From Methanobacteriaceae archaeon (lineage in GTDB: Archaea > Methanobacteriota > Methanobacteria > Methanobacteriales > Methanobacteriaceae), in assembly GCA_003558085.1 (NCBI GenBank), contig PWMT01000173.1:1-11779 (forward strand): a stretch of DNA of 11,779 nt, read 5' to 3'. Below are positions 7,160-11,779 of this stretch, piece by piece (position 1 is the stretch's first letter; the number at the start of each line of letters is the position of its first letter). Under the pieces are notes generated by a model. It saw only the letters and a list, made by a program, of their open reading frames with translations, did no database searches and was not told the DNA's origin. The translations under genes and the position numbers were made by a program.

Positions 7160-10100
7160 ATGACAAAAAAAATACTTTTATTGCCCATGATGATGTGTTT
7201 GCTTTTCATCACTTCGGTTTTTGCTGACAGCGAAAACATCCTGAAGATACACGATGTGGAAGCAAATGCAGGAGAAACCGTAACCATTGAACTGGAAATC
7301 CTGAACGACGATGATATTATCGGGTTTAACTGCGACATTCCGCTACCCGAAGGTTTTTCAGTTGTTCTGGGCTCCGGAACACATTCCAGAACCTCTGACC
7401 ACTCCTTGTCTTTATCCTCAATTGGAGATAATACGGCAAGGCTGATGCTTTTCTCCCTGTCAAATGCCACGCTGACAGGTAATGATGGAGTGGTGGCCAC
7501 GTTCGACGTGGAAACTCCGGCAACTCCCGGCACCTATACCCTTGACTTTTCACTTGACCCGGCACAACCTCCTGTAGTTGGTTCCCTGGTTGATGGTACC
7601 GCCACAAATGTGCTTACAGGAACAGAAAGCGGGGAGGTGTCATTGTCAGGAGAGGAATATACCCTCACAATTACCGTGGTGGGTGATGGAGAAGTACTTG
7701 TGGATGGAGACCCCTACACCGACCCTGTTGTGGCTCCGGAAGGATCCAGTCTAAACCTGCAGGCCATGGCAGATCCAGGCTGGCAATTTGACGCCTGGTC
7801 GGGAGACCTGGCCGGCGAAACCACCCCGGCCGACATCACCATGGATGATGACAAAGACATCACGGCCACCTTTACTGAACGCGACGACAACATCATGCTG
7901 GTTCGTGATGTGACTTCCCTTGTCAACGACCAGGCCCTGATCGAACTGGAGATCATCAACTCGGATGCATTCGTCGGTTTCAATGCTGATGTTGTATTGC
8001 CTCCCGACTTTGAATATGTAGATGGATCAGCAAGCCTCCACAGGGATGTTGACCACCTTTGGGAGTTCGAGATCATCGACGACAACACGGCCCGCATGAT
8101 CAGCTTCTCACCAAGCCTGGAGCCATACACAGGCAACGAAGGAGTGATTGTCAGCTTTCTTGTGGATACACCGGAAGACCCGGGTGATTACCCGCTAACG
8201 CTGGAAAATGTTATCATTGGAGATGCTGACCTGCAGGACATCCTGACCGAGGCCATTGACGGTGAAATATCATTGAAAGACCAGTTTACACTCACCTTCG
8301 TTGTAGAAGGCCCAAATGGCCAGCCCATTGAGGGCGCGACCATTGTGGTAGACGGGGAAACACTGACTACCGGTGCAAACGGAGAAGCGCACACAGAACT
8401 GCCACCCGACAGCTACAGCTATAATGTAACCGCCGAAGGTTTTGAAGAGGAAACAGGAACGGTTGATATCGTTGATGAGGATGTTACCGAGACAGTAAGC
8501 ATGACCAAGACCGACTACCTGCTGACGCTGAACGCAGAGCCTGAAGAAGGCGGCAATGTTTCAGGAGACGGCACATATAACTTTGGCGACATGGTGAACA
8601 TCATTGCATCGCCAAATGCAGGATATACCTTTTCACACTGGACGGGAGATACCGACCATGTGGAAAATGTCAACGAGGCCAACACTTTCGTGGAAATGCC
8701 CGCGGACGACGTAACTCTCACGGCCAACTTTGAAATGAGCGAATACGAACTCACCATAAATATCGTAGGCAATGGCCAGGTGGACATCGACCCGGAGGAA
8801 GACTTCTATAACATCGGCGACGAAATCACCCTAACCCCCACACCCGACGAAGGATGGGAGTTTGTTGAATGGAGCGGCGATACGGACAACCTCGTTGAAA
8901 ATGTCCTGACCATGCCCGCCGACGATGTAAACCTCACGGCAACCTTCGAAATGATCGACTACACGCTCACCCTGGACATCGTAGGCAATGGCCAGGTGGC
9001 CATCGACCCGGAGGAAGACTTCTATAACTTCGGCGACGAAATCACCCTAACCCCCACACCCGATGAAGGATGGGAGTTTGATGGATGGACCGGCGATACA
9101 CAGTTCCTCGATGGAAATGTCCTGACCATGCCCGCCGACGATGTAAACCTCACGGCAACCTTCGAAATGATCGACTACACGCTCACCGTAGACATCGTAG
9201 GTGAAGGTCAAGTGGCCATCGACCCGGAGGAAGATTTCTATAACATCGGCGACGAAATCACCCTAACCCCCACACCCGACGAAGGATGGGAGTTTGATGA
9301 ATGGAGCGGCGATACACAGTTCCTCGATGGAAATGAACTCACCATGCCCGCCTACGATGTGGAACTGACAGCCACATTTGTGATGAGCGAATACGAACTC
9401 ACTGTAAACATCGTAGGCAATGGCCAGGTGGACATCGACCCGGAGGAAGATTTCTATAACTTCGGCGACGAAATCACCCTAACCCCCACACCCGATACAG
9501 GATGGGAGTTTGTGGGATGGAGCGGCGATACACAGTTCCTCGATGAAAATGTCCTGACCATGCCCGCCGACGATGTAAACCTCACGGCAAACTTTGTGGA
9601 GGAGGATCATGTGACCATCACATACGTTGCAGGAACAGGAGGTAGCGTTGATCCCACCAGCGAAACCCTCGCACCGGCTACAGGCGAAGCGCAAGGTTCT
9701 ACTGCAACACCGGACGCAGGATACAGCTTTGTCAACTGGACCGATGAAGACAACGAAGAGGTAAGTACAGACCTGCACTTCACACCGGAGAAAGTAGACG
9801 GACTCTACGTCGAGGCAACCTACACGGCCAACTTCGAAATGATCGACTACACGCTCACCGTGGACATCGAAGGTGAAGGCCAAGTGGGCATCGACCCGGA
9901 TGAAGATTTCTATAACATTGGCGACGTAATCACCCTAACCCCCACACCCGATGCAGGATGGGAGTTTGTGGAATGGACCGGCGATACAGAGTTCCTCGAT
10001 GGAAATGTCCTGACCATGCCCGCCGACAATGTTACCCTCACAGCCAACTTCGAACAGATCGAATTCACCCTGTCCTTCCTGGTGAAAGACCCGGAGGACT

Positions 10101-11095
10101 TCCCCATTGCCGGTGCTGAAATCAGCATCAACGGACATGAACTCATCACCGATGGCGATGGCACTGCGGAAATAGCGCTTGGCATTGACACCTACAACTA
10201 TACCATCGTGGTGGAATGCCTCCTCGACGAAACCGGCGAGGTGGAAATCAGCGACGATGACGTACACATCGAAGTGGTCATGACCAGACTCCCTGGTGAT
10301 GTCACAGGCGATGGTATTGTTAACTCGCTGGATATGATCGCCATTGCACTGTACTATACAAATCAGGATCCGGATCCGTTCTGCTTCGAAAACGCCGACG
10401 TGAATCAGGATGGCGTAATCGATGTGCTCGACATCCTGCAGATCGCAATCATATACATGAACGGCGAGAAGATCACACCGCATCCCGGCATGCAGTCGGA
10501 GGAAGCACACCTCTTCCTCTACAAAAACGGGATCACGCTGGAAAGCGACGGCACACTGGCAGGCCTGCAGTTTGAAATGGACATAAATGCAACAGATGAC
10601 CTGTCGCTGGAACTCCATAGCTCAGCCCACCAGATGGTGTATCATGTTGAAAACAGCATGCTGAAGGCCATGATCTTCAGCATGGATAACACACCATTGC
10701 CCGGCGGAAAGATCGACCTGATCGCCATCCATGGCGCCACGGAAATGCCCGGATGGACAGATGCCCTTGCCGGAAACCTCAATGCACAAAAAGTACCTGT
10801 GCATACACATACCCAGGAGGTAACCGGCACAGACGGCCTGGCTGTCGATATCGGCTTCCGCGCCTATCCGAATCCGGCAAGTGATGTCATCCGCGTAAGC
10901 TTCTTTAACCAGGGCAAAAACACCGTGGAAGTGTCACTGATAAACCTGCACGGACAAATGGTAAGCCAGCAGCTTGTCCACGATACCGGCATGTCAGACC
11001 TGGTATTCGATGTGTCCGGATTGACGCCCGGATTGTATATGATACGGCTGGAATACGAAAATACCTTCATCATGGATAAGATCATGGTGGAATAG
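7160..11095 (+). CDS. Scaffoldin-like T9SS substrate B, 1311 aa: signal peptide, Coh1, InlB-B-like repeat, Coh2, Ig-like, seven InlB-B-like repeats, Ig-like, dockerin, degenerate cohesin-like, T9SS CTD
   Basis: Signal peptide MTKKILLLPMMMCLLFITSVFA at ATG7160, after an AT-rich leader. Cohesin-like modules at about 7232-7645 and 7889-8275, paralogous to scaffoldin A Coh1 and Coh2. Repeat stalk at about 8516-10051. Dockerin at 10295-10459. CTD AYPNPA...LTPGLYMIRL...DKIMVE at about 10862-11092. Confidence 0.85.
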   Translation: MTKKILLLPMMMCLLFITSVFADSENILKIHDVEANAGETVTIELEILNDDDIIGFNCDIPLPEGFSVVLGSGTHSRTSDHSLSLSSIGDNTARLMLFSLSNATLTGNDGVVATFDVETPATPGTYTLDFSLDPAQPPVVGSLVDGTATNVLTGTESGEVSLSGEEYTLTITVVGDGEVLVDGDPYTDPVVAPEGSSLNLQAMADPGWQFDAWSGDLAGETTPADITMDDDKDITATFTERDDNIMLVRDVTSLVNDQALIELEIINSDAFVGFNADVVLPPDFEYVDGSASLHRDVDHLWEFEIIDDNTARMISFSPSLEPYTGNEGVIVSFLVDTPEDPGDYPLTLENVIIGDADLQDILTEAIDGEISLKDQFTLTFVVEGPNGQPIEGATIVVDGETLTTGANGEAHTELPPDSYSYNVTAEGFEEETGTVDIVDEDVTETVSMTKTDYLLTLNAEPEEGGNVSGDGTYNFGDMVNIIASPNAGYTFSHWTGDTDHVENVNEANTFVEMPADDVTLTANFEMSEYELTINIVGNGQVDIDPEEDFYNIGDEITLTPTPDEGWEFVEWSGDTDNLVENVLTMPADDVNLTATFEMIDYTLTLDIVGNGQVAIDPEEDFYNFGDEITLTPTPDEGWEFDGWTGDTQFLDGNVLTMPADDVNLTATFEMIDYTLTVDIVGEGQVAIDPEEDFYNIGDEITLTPTPDEGWEFDEWSGDTQFLDGNELTMPAYDVELTATFVMSEYELTVNIVGNGQVDIDPEEDFYNFGDEITLTPTPDTGWEFVGWSGDTQFLDENVLTMPADDVNLTANFVEEDHVTITYVAGTGGSVDPTSETLAPATGEAQGSTATPDAGYSFVNWTDEDNEEVSTDLHFTPEKVDGLYVEATYTANFEMIDYTLTVDIEGEGQVGIDPDEDFYNIGDVITLTPTPDAGWEFVEWTGDTEFLDGNVLTMPADNVTLTANFEQIEFTLSFLVKDPEDFPIAGAEISINGHELITDGDGTAEIALGIDTYNYTIVVECLLDETGEVEISDDDVHIEVVMTRLPGDVTGDGIVNSLDMIAIALYYTNQDPDPFCFENADVNQDGVIDVLDILQIAIIYMNGEKITPHPGMQSEEAHLFLYKNGITLESDGTLAGLQFEMDINATDDLSLELHSSAHQMVYHVENSMLKAMIFSMDNTPLPGGKIDLIAIHGATEMPGWTDALAGNLNAQKVPVHTHTQEVTGTDGLAVDIGFRAYPNPASDVIRVSFFNQGKNTVEVSLINLHGQMVSQQLVHDTGMSDLVFDVSGLTPGLYMIRLEYENTFIMDKIMVE
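8744..10051 (+). repeat. Intragenic tandem repeat array, 216-bp (72-aa) InlB-B-like units
   Basis: Near-identical units start at 8744, 8960, 9176 and 9392 (exact 216-nt period). One divergent unit lies at 9608-9835 and a fifth similar unit at 9848-10051. Consensus Y.LT..IVG.GQV.IDPEEDFYN.GDEITLTPTPD.GWEF..W.GDT......LTMPADDV.LTA.F. Confidence 0.95.
10295..10459 (+). other. Dockerin module of scaffoldin B
   Basis: GDVTGDGIVNSLDMIAIALYY ... NADVNQDGVIDVLDILQIAIIY. Confidence 0.9.
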
Positions 11096-11108
11096 CCCTG
11101 CAACACAC

Positions 11109-11145
11109 GCCCGGGACCGGCCGGCCAGGCCGATCCCGGGCTTTT
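11109..11145 (+). terminator. GC-rich hairpin with short U-tract (probable, possibly leaky, intrinsic terminator)
   Basis: GCCCGGGA (11109-11116) pairs with TCCCGGGC (11134-11141), plus inner CGGCC/GGCCG pairing and a 5-nt loop, followed by TTTT; 13 nt after the stop at 11095. Confidence 0.6.
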
Positions 11146-11202
11146 CAGGATGATAAATAATAAAACCAAAACAATATTTAACTCACTAAAAAAACCCTTC
11201 TC

Positions 11203-11779
11203 ATGAAATATATAGGTACAGGTTTGTTATTCTTGTTATTGATCCCAGCATTGGTCATGGGACAGGAATTCAGAACCGAAATTGACAGGACAGACCAAAG
11301 AGAAATAAAAGAAAATGTGGAACAGGAAAGACAAGCGGGGGTGCAGGCAGCCGAACAGAAAATCTTCCAGGCCGGCAAAAAAGGCACACGGGATGCTACC
11401 CTGCTTTTTGGCCAGGATTATCTTGACGGAACATCTGTTGTCAATTCATCGCTCGATCCCGCAGCAGATATTGATTATGAAGCAGCAGATAATTTCTGGG
11501 GTGTTAATGAACCGATCAATGAAATCGTCTTTTACGGACTCACATTGAAATTTATTTACGGAAGTTGGCAAGAACAAGTACCTGATGCTACAGAACCCTT
11601 TTTTATCCGTTTCTATGAGTATTTGGAAGATTTTGTTCCCGGACTGGAAGCACCTGAAAGCGGTACTTACGAGGTTGAATTGAGAGATAGCTATGGAGAC
11701 GGATGGAACGGTGGGTTGCTTACCGTATATGTTAATGGTGTGCCGGTATTGTCACAAATTACCATGAATACAGGATCCG
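11203..11779 (+). CDS. 3'-truncated secreted protein (absent from the ORF track because it has no stop in the window)
   Basis: Manual translation from ATG11203 is open to the window end: MKYIGTGLLFLLLIPALVMG/QEFRTEID...YEAADNFWGVNEPINEIVFYG...YEVELRDSYGDGWNGGLLTVYVNG. It has a signal peptide with Gln at +1, typical of Bacteroidota, and a DSYGDGWNG motif that I recall as common in Bacteroidota secreted proteins. Confidence 0.85.
   Translation, partial: MKYIGTGLLFLLLIPALVMGQEFRTEIDRTDQREIKENVEQERQAGVQAAEQKIFQAGKKGTRDATLLFGQDYLDGTSVVNSSLDPAADIDYEAADNFWGVNEPINEIVFYGLTLKFIYGSWQEQVPDATEPFFIRFYEYLEDFVPGLEAPESGTYEVELRDSYGDGWNGGLLTVYVNGVPVLSQITMNTGS

Noticed and set aside
6942-7227. Small + strand ORFs 6942-7124 and 6991-7227 as leader peptides
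   Set aside because: They overlap real genes and the inverted repeats and show no coding features.
8744-10051. Repeat array as CRISPR or as a diversity-generating retroelement TR/VR pair
   Set aside because: The units are in-frame 216-nt coding repeats without unique spacers, differences are not adenine-specific, and no cas or reverse transcriptase gene is present in the window.
955-11548. Many short minus-strand and alternate-frame ORFs (e.g. 2424-2891, 4075-4557, 7105-7533, 9935-10618, 11315-11548)
   Set aside because: They are shadows of long, well-supported + strand genes with no recognisable motifs. The similarity between 4075-4557 and 7105-7533 simply mirrors the Coh1 duplication.

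Overview
A Bacteroidota (probably Bacteroidales-like) locus of six + strand genes, five of them encoding secreted or surface proteins. In order: (1) the 3' end of a protein with a cohesin-like domain and a T9SS C-terminal sorting domain (CTD), followed by a terminator; (2) an orphan NarL/UvrY-GacA-type response regulator preceded by two tandem 18-bp TGTA-N10-TACA palindromes; (3) a secreted multidomain adhesin-like protein that ends in a dockerin and has no T9SS CTD; (4, 5) two paralogous scaffoldin-like proteins, each with a signal peptide, 3 or 2 cohesin-like modules, InlB-B-type repeats, an Ig-like module, a dockerin, a degenerate cohesin-like domain and a T9SS CTD; (6) the 5' part of another secreted protein. 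The main signal is a cellulosome-style cohesin-dockerin assembly system apparently coupled to T9SS, with no recognisable glycoside hydrolase in the window. All domain calls come from motif recognition by eye, not from database searches.
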